A model generated the notes under the pieces. That model was not told the DNA's origin. It worked only from the letters and a program-made list of their open reading frames with translations, and did no database searches. Positions 25,647-35,082 of a DNA stretch of 64,000 bases are shown here, piece by piece (the first letter of the stretch is position 1; the number at the start of each line of letters is the position of its first letter). This DNA is from Dehalococcoidia bacterium. GTDB taxonomy: Bacteria; Chloroflexota; Dehalococcoidia; Bin125. Both the position numbers and the translations under genes were made by a program. Where the stretch lies: contig CBDHGH010000003.1 in the NCBI GenBank assembly GCA_965263065.1, positions 1,796,537-1,860,536 on the forward strand, given 5' to 3'.

Positions 25647-28600
25647 TCAGGGCGCGTTGGGGGGCTCGAAGAGGCTCCGGGCGATGGCGATGACGGCGTC
25701 GACGTTGCTTCCACGAAGGCTTTTTGTTTTCCCAAGAATCGCGTACTCGGCCTCGGTGGACGCGTCGTAGATCCAGACCGTCACCGGGAATAAGTCACTA
25801 TGGTTCGGACCTGACGGGCTGTACGCCACTCGCGCCGGCCGCCCGGCGATGACCCTCGTCTCGTACACGCCCCGGCCGTTCCGCCAGGATGCCTCTCGCG
25901 GGTGGCCTCGGTAGTCCGCGTAGTAGCCAAAAACTGTGAAGGCGCTCCCGCCTCTTTCTGTTGCGAAGTCCGCCCAGTACCCGTAGGCGGGACCACTGAC
26001 GTCGCCGCTGACCGCCCATGCGAACGTCCAGCCTGCGGGGAGCGCCGGGTCACGCCAGTAGGGAAGCTGTCGCGCCTCCGCGAGATTCGTGGTGTAGGCA
26101 GGGTTCGCGTAGGAGTCGCCCGGGAGCGGGTACGTGTCGGGCTCTTCCACCGCGCCGGTCCAACCTGCGGGGACGAGTTGGTATGGACCGTGGCGCACGG
26201 GCGAGGTCAGGCTCGGGCCGCCCAGGTCGGGCAGCGGGCCGAACTGCAGGCTGGCCGTCGCGGTCGGGGAGATGGCGCCGCTGCAGCCTGTGAAGGCGTA
26301 GGTCATCCAGGCCACGGCCAGCAGCTTGCGCGGGGGGTCGCCGGCCGGGTCGTCCTTGACGTCGGTCACCGTGTAGCGCACGAAGCAATCGCTGGCTTGG
26401 CGCCACTCGAAAAGGTCGCCCGCCTCCACGAGGTCCAAGAGGTCCGCCTGCGAGGCACCGGCACTGTCGTGCTTGTGGATCACGAGGCCGGTCGTGCTGC
26501 CGTCGCGCAGGCCCTCGTAGGTCGTGATCATCGTGGTGAGGTCGTCGGGGTCGGTGAGGAAGGCGTAGTCGCCGTCGTCTGTGACGCTCCCGGTCGTCGT
26601 GGGGGCGCCGTAGGTCAGGGTCGTCGAGGGCAGATCGCAGTCCGCCAGGCCGAGCGCGGCGAAGTCGTTGGAGCGCATGCCCGCCAACTCACGCGGCAGG
26701 CAGCCGGTGAAGCGGTTGTCCGCCAAATACACGATCAGGTGGGGCGGATTCCTCAGTTCCACCGGGATCGGCCCGCTCAACTGATTCCCGCGCAGGTCCA
26801 GCACCACCAGCCCCGCAAGGTTCCCCAGCGCCGCCGGGATCGGCCCGCTCAACTGATTCCCGCCCAGGTCCAGCACCTCCAGCGCCGCGAGGTTCCCCAG
26901 CGCCGCCGGGATCGGCCCGCTCAACTGATTCCCGCCCAGGTCCAGCACCTCCAGCGCCGCGAGGTTCCCCAGTTCGGGTGGAATCGCGCCCGTCAGGCGG
27001 TTCTCGTGGAGCGCCAGCCGCTGCAACTGCGCGAGGTTCCCCAACTCCGGCGGGATCGGCCCCGTCAGCCGGTTGCCGTCAAGCTGCAAGTACGTCAGGC
27101 GCGCCAGGTCGCCCAACTCGGGCGGGATCGCACCCGTCAGCCGGTTCTCGCCGAGCGTTAGGGACCCCAACTGCGCGAGGTTGCCCAACTCGGGCGGGAT
27201 CGGCCCCGTCAGCCGGTTGGCGGAGAGCGTCAGGTACTTCAACTGCGCGAGGTTCCCCAACTCCGGCGGGATCGCGCCCCACAGCAGGTTGCCGTGGAGG
27301 TACAGGACCTCCAGGCGCGCGAGGGCGCCCAGCTCCGGCGGGATTGGCCCCGTCAGCCGGTTGTCGTAGAGCCTCAGGGTTTTCAGGCGCGTGAGGGCGC
27401 CCAACTCCGGCGGGATCGGCCCCATCAGCCGGTTCTCGTGGAGCGCCAGCCGCTGCAACTGCGCTAGGTTCCCCAACTCCGATGGGATCGCACCCGTCAG
27501 CCGGTTCTCGCGGAGCACAAGGGACTCCAACTGCGCGAGGTTGCCCAACTCGGGCGGGATCGCGCCCGTCAGTTGGTTGTTGGGGAGGTGCAGGCTCCCC
27601 AGGCGCGCGAGGGCGCCCAATTCCGGCGGGATCGAGCCCGTCAGGCGGTTCCCGTTGAGGTTCAGGACCCCCAGGCGCGCGAGGGCGCCCAACTCCCGCG
27701 GGATCGCGCCCGTCAGCCGGTTGCCGTGCAGCCACAGCCGCTGCAACTGCGCGAGGTTGCCCAACTCCGGCGGGATCGGCCCCGTCAGCCGGTTGTTGTT
27801 GAGCAACAGGCTCTCCAGGCGCGCGAGGGCGCCCAACTCCCGCGGGATCGCGCCCGTCAGCCGGTTGTTGTACAGCCGCAGGATCCTCAACTGCGCGAGG
27901 TTGCCCAACTCCGGCGGGATCGGCCCCGTCAGCCCGTTCCCGTTGAGCCACAACCACTGCAACCGCGCGAGGGCGCCCAACGCCGGCGGGATTGTGCCCG
28001 TCAGCGCGTGCCCCTCCAGGTCCAACGCCGTCACGTGCGGCGGCGTCCCGCCCACGGTGACCCCGTCCCAGGCCGTGATCCCCCGGTCCGCGCTCCAGTC
28101 GAGCGCCGCCGTGCCGCGCAGCCTGCCCCTCGCCGCCAGCAGGATCGCGCAGTCGGCGACCAAGCCGGGGTTATTCGCCGCGTCGGGCACGGCCGCCCCG
28201 GCCGCGCAGGGCCCGGGCGGCGGCGGCGCCGGCGCACCGCCGGCCGCGTCGCGGCCCGGCTGGATGTTCTCCGGCGTCCAGGTGAAGGTGCGAGTCCCCC
28301 GCGTGGTGATCGGCCCGCTGGTGCAGCCGGTATAGGCGTAGGAGTAGACCTGAATCGTCAGCAGCGTGCGCGGCGGATCGCCCGCCGGGTCGGCGTGGAC
28401 TTCATCGACGTGGTAACGCACCCAGCAGTCGGCAGCCTCGCGCCACTCCACCAGGTCGCCCGCCTCCACCTGGGCGTAGAAGACCGCCTGCGAGGCGCCG
28501 GAGATGTCGTTCTGGTGCAGCACCAAGCCGATGCGGGTACCGGCGCGCAGCCCCTCGTAGGTGGTGATGGCGCTGGTGAGGTCGTCGGGGTCGGTGAGGA

Positions 28601-29513
28601 AGGCGTAGTCGCCATCGGTCGGGACACTGTCCGTCGTGATGGGGGGACCGTAGGTCAGGCTCTCGGACCCCAGCGGACAGGAAGCCAGGCCGAGCTGCGC
28701 CACGTCGTTGCGCTCCACCTGGGCGAGGGCGCGCAGCAGGCAGCCCGTGAGGTCGTTCTGGGAGAGAGAGAGTTCGCTTAGGGGGAGATCGGCCAGCCCG
28801 GGCGGGATCGCGCCCGTCAACTGGTTCTGCTGGAGTTGCAGGATCCTCAACTGCGCGAGGTTTCCCAGCTCCGGTGGGATCGCGCCCGTCAGCCGGTTCC
28901 AAGCGAAGTCCAGGGTCCCCAGGCGTGCGAGGTTGCCCAACTCGGCCGGGATCGCGCCCGTCAGCCGGTTCACGAACAGCGATAGCACCTCCAACCGCGC
29001 GAGGTTGCCCAACGCTGGCGGGATCCGCCCGCTGAGCTGGTTGTACCCCAGGTGCAACCGCCGCAATTGACTGAGGTCGCCCAGCGCGGCCGGGATCGTG
29101 CCCGTCAGCGCGTGCCCCTCCAGGCGCAACTCCGTCACGCGCGGCGGCGTCCCGCGCAGCGTGTCCTTCGCCGCCAGCAGGATCGCGCAGTCGGCGACCA
29201 GGCCGGGGTTGTTCGCCGCGTCGGGCACGGCCGCCCCGGTCGCGCAGGGGCCGGGCGGCGGCTCCAGAGGGACGCCGGGGGCCGCGCAGATCCGCCAGCC
29301 GACGCCGATCTCGAAGCAGGTGACCGCCGGCTCCGTGCCCTGCGCCGCCGCCGGCGCGGCGCCGGACGGCAGCAGGATCGCCGCGGCCACGCCGATCAGC
29401 AGCAGGGCCGCGAGCAGCGGCGTCACAACGACGGCGAAGCGCCTGCGGTCGGGCATCTCATCTCCGGGAACGACCGCCGCGGCGCGAAGGTTCCCGCCCG
29501 CGGCCAACCTCAC
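25647..29513 (-). CDS. large secreted/membrane-anchored leucine-rich-repeat protein (1288 aa, plant-specific-type LRRs)
   Basis: N-terminal signal/TM. Two LRR blocks (about 7 and about 20 units of LxxLxLxxNxLTGxIPPELGNLAxL), each preceded by a Cys-containing cap (CATGAAVPDAANNPGLVADCAILLAA) and followed by a duplicated roughly 170-aa domain. A unique roughly 280-aa C-terminal domain follows. Confidence 0.85.
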   Translation of the reverse strand: MRLAAGGNLRAAAVVPGDEMPDRRRFAVVVTPLLAALLLIGVAAAILLPSGAAPAAAQGTEPAVTCFEIGVGWRICAAPGVPLEPPPGPCATGAAVPDAANNPGLVADCAILLAAKDTLRGTPPRVTELRLEGHALTGTIPAALGDLSQLRRLHLGYNQLSGRIPPALGNLARLEVLSLFVNRLTGAIPAELGNLARLGTLDFAWNRLTGAIPPELGNLAQLRILQLQQNQLTGAIPPGLADLPLSELSLSQNDLTGCLLRALAQVERNDVAQLGLASCPLGSESLTYGPPITTDSVPTDGDYAFLTDPDDLTSAITTYEGLRAGTRIGLVLHQNDISGASQAVFYAQVEAGDLVEWREAADCWVRYHVDEVHADPAGDPPRTLLTIQVYSYAYTGCTSGPITTRGTRTFTWTPENIQPGRDAAGGAPAPPPPGPCAAGAAVPDAANNPGLVADCAILLAARGRLRGTAALDWSADRGITAWDGVTVGGTPPHVTALDLEGHALTGTIPPALGALARLQWLWLNGNGLTGPIPPELGNLAQLRILRLYNNRLTGAIPRELGALARLESLLLNNNRLTGPIPPELGNLAQLQRLWLHGNRLTGAIPRELGALARLGVLNLNGNRLTGSIPPELGALARLGSLHLPNNQLTGAIPPELGNLAQLESLVLRENRLTGAIPSELGNLAQLQRLALHENRLMGPIPPELGALTRLKTLRLYDNRLTGPIPPELGALARLEVLYLHGNLLWGAIPPELGNLAQLKYLTLSANRLTGPIPPELGNLAQLGSLTLGENRLTGAIPPELGDLARLTYLQLDGNRLTGPIPPELGNLAQLQRLALHENRLTGAIPPELGNLAALEVLDLGGNQLSGPIPAALGNLAALEVLDLGGNQLSGPIPAALGNLAGLVVLDLRGNQLSGPIPVELRNPPHLIVYLADNRFTGCLPRELAGMRSNDFAALGLADCDLPSTTLTYGAPTTTGSVTDDGDYAFLTDPDDLTTMITTYEGLRDGSTTGLVIHKHDSAGASQADLLDLVEAGDLFEWRQASDCFVRYTVTDVKDDPAGDPPRKLLAVAWMTYAFTGCSGAISPTATASLQFGPLPDLGGPSLTSPVRHGPYQLVPAGWTGAVEEPDTYPLPGDSYANPAYTTNLAEARQLPYWRDPALPAGWTFAWAVSGDVSGPAYGYWADFATERGGSAFTVFGYYADYRGHPREASWRNGRGVYETRVIAGRPARVAYSPSGPNHSDLFPVTVWIYDASTEAEYAILGKTKSLRGSNVDAVIAIARSLFEPPNAP

Positions 29514-29602
29514 GCGACCACCCCCGACGCAACCGCCGGCGCCTGCTATCGCGCACTACTCGCCGCCTCCCGCCTGCGAGAGCGCGTGGCCTGACCCCCA
29601 CG

Positions 29603-29704
29603 CTACTCCTCGACGACCTCCTGCTGATCGACGCGCAGCCGCAGCCCCGGCGGCATCGCGACGCCGGTCTTGGGGCTGCGCTCCGGCGGCTTGCTCGCCG
29701 CCTT
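29603..29704. repeat. degenerate direct copy of the 3' end of the downstream BtuF-like gene (about 102 bp)
   Basis: The minus strand reads ...AASKPPERSPKTGVAMPPGLRLRVDQQEVVEE*, close to the authentic C-terminus ...AASKPPERSPKTDVAMPPGLRITVQQQEVVEEE* at 30650-30754. Together the two copies bracket the esterase gene. Confidence 0.55.
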
Positions 29705-29764
29705 CGACCCCCGCCTGCGCGGCAGCGGCTACGCTGTCCCCCAAGTCAAAGGGGACCAGCAACC

Positions 29765-30628
29765 GTGACCAACCCGCCGCAGCAGCTCTCCGGCACCGAA
29801 GTCCACACGCTGCACTCGGACGCCGTCGGAGACGCGTTCGAAATCACCGTCGCCGCGCCGCCGCCCGGGACGGAGGGCCCGGTCGGGGTGGTGTACTTCA
29901 CCGACGCGACCACACGGATCGGGACCGCCGTCGAGACGGTCCGCTCGCTATCCACGATCGGGGAGATTCCGCCGCTGCTCCTGGTCGGCGTGGGCTACGC
30001 GATCGGCGGCGATTATGCCCGCTGGGTGCGCTTCCGCGCGCGGGACTTCACGCCCGGTCCCTCGTCCAACCCGGCGGAGCATGCGGCGATCGCGCCGATC
30101 GTCGGACCCGATCCGGTGGAGACGGGCGGGGCGCCGCGGTTTCTCGACTTCCTCGCGGACGAACTCCAACCCTGGGTGCGCGACCGCTATGCCGTGAGCG
30201 ACGATACGGCCTATATCGGCAACTCTCTGGGCGGGCTGTTCGGCGTCTACACCCTCTTGCACCGCCCCGCCGCGTTCCGCCGCTACATCATCGGCAGCCC
30301 CTGGCTGTGCTGGGACCCGGAGACGACCACGGCGTACGAGCCCGCCTACGCCGCCGATCACAGCGACCTCGACGCCACCGTGTTCCTCGCCGCGGGCGCG
30401 CACGAGGACGTGCTGCCCCCCGGGCTGTCCGCGCCGATGCAGGCCAACTTCGGGGCCGCCGACACCGCCGCCCATACGCGGCGCTTGGCGGAGGCGCTCG
30501 AGCAACGCCGATACCCCAGCCTCGACTTGACCTGGCGCATCTTCCCCGAGGTCACGCACTTCACCATGTTGCCGGTCCTGACCGCGCTCGGCTTGCGCGC
30601 GGTCTACGCCGACTGGCGCCGGCGCTAG
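29765..30628 (+). CDS. alpha/beta-hydrolase esterase (putative-esterase / IroE-like siderophore esterase family)
   Basis: GxSxG nucleophile elbow IGNSLGGLFGV. Fold and length match PF00756-type esterases. Confidence 0.75.
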   Translation: MTNPPQQLSGTEVHTLHSDAVGDAFEITVAAPPPGTEGPVGVVYFTDATTRIGTAVETVRSLSTIGEIPPLLLVGVGYAIGGDYARWVRFRARDFTPGPSSNPAEHAAIAPIVGPDPVETGGAPRFLDFLADELQPWVRDRYAVSDDTAYIGNSLGGLFGVYTLLHRPAAFRRYIIGSPWLCWDPETTTAYEPAYAADHSDLDATVFLAAGAHEDVLPPGLSAPMQANFGAADTAAHTRRLAEALEQRRYPSLDLTWRIFPEVTHFTMLPVLTALGLRAVYADWRRR

Positions 30629-30649
30629 GCGCGGCCCCGCCCGATCCCG

Positions 30650-31789
30650 CTACTCCTCCTCGACGACCTCCTGCTGCTGCACGGTGATCCGCAGCCCCGG
30701 CGGCATCGCGACGTCGGTCTTGGGGCTGCGCTCCGGCGGCTTGCTCGCCGCCTTGCGGGCCTTGCCCGACCGCGTCGCCGCCTTCTTCTTGGCCGCCGCC
30801 CGCTGCGCGTCGGTCAACCGCGGCCTGGCGCCCGCCGCCGCCTTTTTCCCGGCGCCCGTGCGCCCCGTGGCCGTGCCCGCCTTCTTCGACGCCGCCTTGC
30901 CGGCCGCCCCTGTCTTGCCGGCCGCTGCCGTCTTCGACGCCTTCACGGGCCGCGCCGGCGCCTTCCAGCCGGGCCGCGCCCGGTCGAACAGCTCCTCCAA
31001 CTTCGCCAGGCCCTCCTGGGCGCGGGCGCCGTACCAGGTCAGCAGGCGCCCATCGAGCAGGAAGACATGCTGCTTGCGGGCGGCCGTGATCGATTGCAGC
31101 GCCTGTAGCTCGCGCCGATGCCGCCGCCCGAATCGGTACGGCTCCGACGGCAGCAGGATCACCTCCGGATCCGCCCGCGCGATCTCCGACAGCTCGACCT
31201 GCGGATAGCGGTTGCCGCGCACGTGCGACTCGAAGACGTTCTCGCCGCCCGCCAGCCGGATCAGGTCGCCCGCGTAGGTGTCGCCCGCCGCCGCCATGAA
31301 CGGCCGGTACCAGATCGGGCAGAACACGCGCACGCGCGGGCGGTCCGCGTTCAGCGTCTCCTGCCGCTCGATCTCCTCGCTGACCAGGGCGACGATGGGA
31401 CGCACCATCGCGAAATGGAGCAGCTGCGCGATGGTCTTCAGGTCCTCCAACGCGTCGCGGGCGGTGCGCGGGTAGCCCACGTACACCTGCAGTCCGGCCG
31501 CCTCCAGCGCCGCGATGTCCTCCTCCCGGTTCTCCTCGCGATTCGCCAGCACCAGGTCCGGCGCGAGCGCCACGATCGCCGCGATGTCGGGATCCTTCGT
31601 CCCGCCGATCTTGCGGATCGCGGCCGCCTCGGCCTCGGGCTCGGTGCAGAACTTGGTGATCCCCACCAGGCGCTTCACGCCCGCCAGCTGCGCCACGCTC
31701 TCCGTCACGCTCGGCACGAGCGAGACGATGCGGTCCGGCCGCAGCGCGGTCGTGATGGTCTGGCCGCGGGAGTCCTCGGCGCTGGCCAT
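30650..31789 (-). CDS. BtuF/FhuD-like periplasmic-binding-fold protein (class III SBP) lacking a signal peptide, with Lys/Ala-rich C-terminal tail
   Basis: RIVSLVPSVTESVAQLAG...LVGIT and DPDIAAIVALAPDLVLA are typical of cobalamin/siderophore binding proteins. The C-terminal 100 aa are KA-rich (AAKKKAATRSGKARKAASK). Start taken at MASAEDSRGQ; the listed ORF extends to 31957. Confidence 0.7.
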   Translation of the reverse strand: MASAEDSRGQTITTALRPDRIVSLVPSVTESVAQLAGVKRLVGITKFCTEPEAEAAAIRKIGGTKDPDIAAIVALAPDLVLANREENREEDIAALEAAGLQVYVGYPRTARDALEDLKTIAQLLHFAMVRPIVALVSEEIERQETLNADRPRVRVFCPIWYRPFMAAAGDTYAGDLIRLAGGENVFESHVRGNRYPQVELSEIARADPEVILLPSEPYRFGRRHRRELQALQSITAARKQHVFLLDGRLLTWYGARAQEGLAKLEELFDRARPGWKAPARPVKASKTAAAGKTGAAGKAASKKAGTATGRTGAGKKAAAGARPRLTDAQRAAAKKKAATRSGKARKAASKPPERSPKTDVAMPPGLRITVQQQEVVEEE

Positions 31790-32004
31790 TGGGGTCCTCT
31801 CGGGTGGCGCCGTGGGGCGCGTGGGCCCCGGCGCATCCCGCCGTCCGGCCCGGTCGAGTATACCGGCCCCCATGCGACTGGGCCCTGGTCGCCGGCCCCG
31901 CGCGCGGGCCCGGGCCCCCGATGCAACCGCGACGCGACCCCGCGCGTATCGATACACAGGACCGGCGCGCTCGCGGCGACCGCGCGGTCGGGTATCCTCC
32001 GGCG

Positions 32005-32637
32005 GTGAAGTGGCAAGACTGCTCCGACGCGGAGCTCATGCAAGCCGTTGGCCGCCGCGAGGTGAAGGCCGTCGAGGCCCTCTACGACCGCTACGCGCGC
32101 CTCGTCTTCTCCACGGCGTATCGCGTCCTGGGGGACGCGCACGCCGCCGAGGATGTCGTCCAGGACGTCTTCGTGCGGCTCTGGCGCACCCCCGAGCGCT
32201 ATGTCGAGGAGCGGGGCCGGTTCCTGGGCTGGATGCTCAGCGTCACGCGCAATCGCGCCATCGATGAAGTGCGATCACGGCGCCGGCGTCCGCTCACCGA
32301 GAGCCAGGTGTGGGATCCGGACGAAGCCGGCTCCCTCGCCGAGGGCACGGCCAGCGTGGCCGCCAGCCGCGAGATGGCCAGCGCCGAGCTGGTCGACCAG
32401 CGCGAGATGGTCCGCGCCGCGCTCGCGGACCTGCCGGAGGAGCAACGCGTGGCGATCGAACTCGCCTACTACAGTGGACTCACCCAGGCCCAGATCGCCG
32501 AGCGGCTCGCCACGCCGCTGGGCACCGTGAAGACGCGCATGCGATTGGGAATGCGCAAGATGCGCGTGGCCCTGGAGGGGCGCGTCGGCGTGCTGGACCC
32601 GCCGGACCGTCCCCCGGACGTCGGAGCGGACGCATGA
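32005..32637 (+). CDS. RNA polymerase sigma-70 factor, ECF subfamily
   Basis: Region 2 (VQDVFVRLWR...) and region 4 (GLTQAQIAERLATPLGTVKTR) motifs. GTG start at 32005; the upstream part of listed ORF 31789..32637 is Pro/Arg-rich non-coding. Confidence 0.85.
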   Translation: MKWQDCSDAELMQAVGRREVKAVEALYDRYARLVFSTAYRVLGDAHAAEDVVQDVFVRLWRTPERYVEERGRFLGWMLSVTRNRAIDEVRSRRRRPLTESQVWDPDEAGSLAEGTASVAASREMASAELVDQREMVRAALADLPEEQRVAIELAYYSGLTQAQIAERLATPLGTVKTRMRLGMRKMRVALEGRVGVLDPPDRPPDVGADA

Positions 32638-33578
32638 CCGCCCCCCTCCCCCCCGGCGACCTGCACGACCTCGCCGCCGAGCTGCTCGAGGCCCACGCCC
32701 TCGACGCCCTCGACCCCGACGAAGCCGCGCTCGTCGCCGCCCACCTCGACGCGGGCTGCGCCGACTGCGAGCCGGAGATCGCGGCGCTGCGCGCGGTCGC
32801 CGAGCGCATCGGCCTCGGCGCGGCCCCGCGCGACCCCGGCGACGTGCTCAAGCGCCGCGTCCTGCGCGAGGTCGAAGCCAGCCTCGCCGCTCCCGGGTCG
32901 CCGCTGCCCCTGCCCCGCGCCGCCAGCGTCGGCCCGCGCACGCCCCCGATGGGGCGTCTGGCCGCGCTGGCCGCGCCCTGGCGTCCGGCCCGCTTCGCGT
33001 CGATGGCGGCCTCGCTGGCGGTCGTCGCCGTCGTGCTGCTGATGGGCTGGAACGTCGTGCTGCAGGGCGACGTCTCCGGCCTCGACGACGAGAACGAAGC
33101 CCTGCTCGCCACGGTCAAGACCGTCGAGGAACAGCAGGCCCTGGCGCAGCAGGCGCTGGTCGATGCGAGCGAAGCCGCCGCCGCGGCGGAGGCCCGCTCG
33201 GACGACCTCGACTCCCGCACGATGGCCATCGTCAGCGTGATGGGCAGCGACGATCACGAGCGGCGCCCCCTCACCGGCACCGATCACGCCCCGAGCGGCG
33301 CCTGGGGCAGCATGCACGTCAACCCCAAGAACGGCCACTTCGTCGTGCTCGCCAGCGGGCTGCGCGCCGGCATTGAGGGCGGCTACGTGCTCTGGCTGCA
33401 CGCCGGCGACCACCACGTCCCGCTCTGCTTCTTCTACGTCGATGGCTTCGGCAACGGCGTCGGGCACGGCTACCTCAACGCCGGCATCAGCGACGCCCTC
33501 GTCTGGATCAGCCACGAATACGACGGCGACGTCCGCGAGCCTTCGGGCCCCAGCCATCTGGAGAGCGGCGCTCCCTAG
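32634..33578 (+). CDS. anti-sigma factor (ZAS-type, single TM)
   Basis: Start overlaps the sigma stop (ATGA). HLDAGCADCEP is a zinc anti-sigma HxxxCxxC motif. TM at FASMAASLAVVAVVLLMGW. Periplasmic C-domain. Confidence 0.75.
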   Translation: MTAPLPPGDLHDLAAELLEAHALDALDPDEAALVAAHLDAGCADCEPEIAALRAVAERIGLGAAPRDPGDVLKRRVLREVEASLAAPGSPLPLPRAASVGPRTPPMGRLAALAAPWRPARFASMAASLAVVAVVLLMGWNVVLQGDVSGLDDENEALLATVKTVEEQQALAQQALVDASEAAAAAEARSDDLDSRTMAIVSVMGSDDHERRPLTGTDHAPSGAWGSMHVNPKNGHFVVLASGLRAGIEGGYVLWLHAGDHHVPLCFFYVDGFGNGVGHGYLNAGISDALVWISHEYDGDVREPSGPSHLESGAP

Positions 33579-33619
33579 CCCGCCTCCGCGCCGTCGCCGC
33601 CGCTTGCTATGATCGCTGC

Positions 33620-33880
33620 ATGGCGGTCTTCGACACCCTTGACGCGTCCCGGCGCCTGCGTGACGAAGCGGGCCAGTCACAGGAAGCGGCCGAGACGATC
33701 GCGGATGTGATCGGGCAGGCCGTCGCGCCCATGGTGCGGCTGGACGACTTGATGGTGCGGCTGGACGACTTCGTGACGCGGGCCGAGTTCCACCAGGCGA
33801 TACGCCGCCAGACGATCCGGCTTAGCGGCATCATCATCGCGGTGACCGCCATCGGAGTGGCAATCGTGAAGCTGACCTAG
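33620..33880 (+). CDS. DUF1640-like small coiled-coil protein with C-terminal TM anchor
   Basis: MAVFDTLDASRRLRDEAG...FHQAIRRQTIRLSGIIIAVTAIGVAIVKLT*. Paralogous to 41345..41617 and 44164..44340 (shared ...A(I/L)(V/L)(K/R)LT* end). Confidence 0.6.
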   Translation: MAVFDTLDASRRLRDEAGQSQEAAETIADVIGQAVAPMVRLDDLMVRLDDFVTRAEFHQAIRRQTIRLSGIIIAVTAIGVAIVKLT

Positions 33881-34653
33881 CGCGCCTCCGCGACGACCAC
33901 CCGCCGCTCAATCGAGAATCCGAAGGCCCCCCGCGCGGCCCGATCCGCCAGTTCGTCGCGCCAGTCGTCGAAGCGGCGCGCCCGGACCCCCGCCCCCTGC
34001 ACGACCAGGAACTCGCGTAGCAGGCGCAGCAACTCCGTCGCGTAGGCGCCGGGCGCGAGCCGCTCCCCGCGGATCGTGTCGATGCCGTCCTCCAGCACGC
34101 GCAGGCCCGCGTCGCGCAGCAGCGCCGCCGGCGCGTCGAGGCGCGGATCGACCGGCCCCGCGAACAGCCGGGTGAACTCCTGCGCCGTGTCCGGGTCGCC
34201 GCTGTCGATCCACAGCGTGCGCCAGTCGCTCTGCACGATCACCACCCGCCCCCGCGACACCCGCGCCAGCTCCCCGACCGCCGCCTCGGGCTGCGACAGC
34301 CACTCCCACGTCTCCTGCATCAGCGTCGCCGCGAAGGCCCCCGCCGCGAACGGCAGCCGCGACGCCTCGCCCGCCACGCGGGCGAAGCCCGCCGGCCCCC
34401 GCCAGTCCCAGACGAGGGACCGATCGAGCGCGACGCCACGGATGCCCGTGCCCTCGACCGTCGCCGCCAGCGCCGAGCCGTCGCCGCTGCCGACATCGAG
34501 CAGCGGCCCGGCCGCGCGGGCCGGCCGCCCCGCCGTCAGGCGGTCGTAGACGGCGTCGTGGTGCGCCTGCAGCTCCGGATAGCGCGACGGCCCCGCCCCG
34601 CCCTGCGCCGTCCCGCCCGTCGGTGGCGTGGGCGTCGGTGGCATGGGCGGCAC
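33877..34653 (-). CDS. class I SAM-dependent methyltransferase
   Basis: Motif I LLDVGSGDGS and Rossmann-fold spacing. Confidence 0.8.
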   Translation of the reverse strand: MPPMPPTPTPPTGGTAQGGAGPSRYPELQAHHDAVYDRLTAGRPARAAGPLLDVGSGDGSALAATVEGTGIRGVALDRSLVWDWRGPAGFARVAGEASRLPFAAGAFAATLMQETWEWLSQPEAAVGELARVSRGRVVIVQSDWRTLWIDSGDPDTAQEFTRLFAGPVDPRLDAPAALLRDAGLRVLEDGIDTIRGERLAPGAYATELLRLLREFLVVQGAGVRARRFDDWRDELADRAARGAFGFSIERRVVVAEAR

Positions 34654-35082
34654 CTAGTCCCACTCCGCCTCGATGATGGGCTGCCGCCCTGCGAAGCCCG
34701 ATCGCAGGTCGTGCCACCAGCCGATCTCGGGCTCGCCGCGCAGCCAGCAGATCAGCACCGTCGCCCCGTCGCGCTCGGCCGGCCAGTCGACGAGGCCGCG
34801 CTCCAGATCCTTCAGCTGCACCCCCATCGACTGCAGCTCCGCGCCCAGCTCCTGCAGCCGCGCCGCCTGCCGCTGGAAGCGCGATTGCAGTTCGCCCGTG
34901 TCGACGTGCGTGGTGGAGCCGTTGCCCCGCGCCGAGCGTCGCACCGAATCGATCAGCGCGCGCGCTTCCGCCGCCCGCGCGCGGGCCGCCAGGATCTCCC
35001 CCAGCAGCCGGTCGACCGCGGGCAGCATGGCGCGCGCCTCGCTGAGCCGGAAGCGGCGTTCCCCGGATGCGTCGTCAACCAT
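34654..35082 (-). CDS. DUF2203-family protein
   Basis: N-terminal [13 protein letters not shown]... and C-terminal [27 protein letters not shown] match the conserved ends of DUF2203 proteins. Confidence 0.6.
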   Translation of the reverse strand: MVDDASGERRFRLSEARAMLPAVDRLLGEILAARARAAEARALIDSVRRSARGNGSTTHVDTGELQSRFQRQAARLQELGAELQSMGVQLKDLERGLVDWPAERDGATVLICWLRGEPEIGWWHDLRSGFAGRQPIIEAEWD

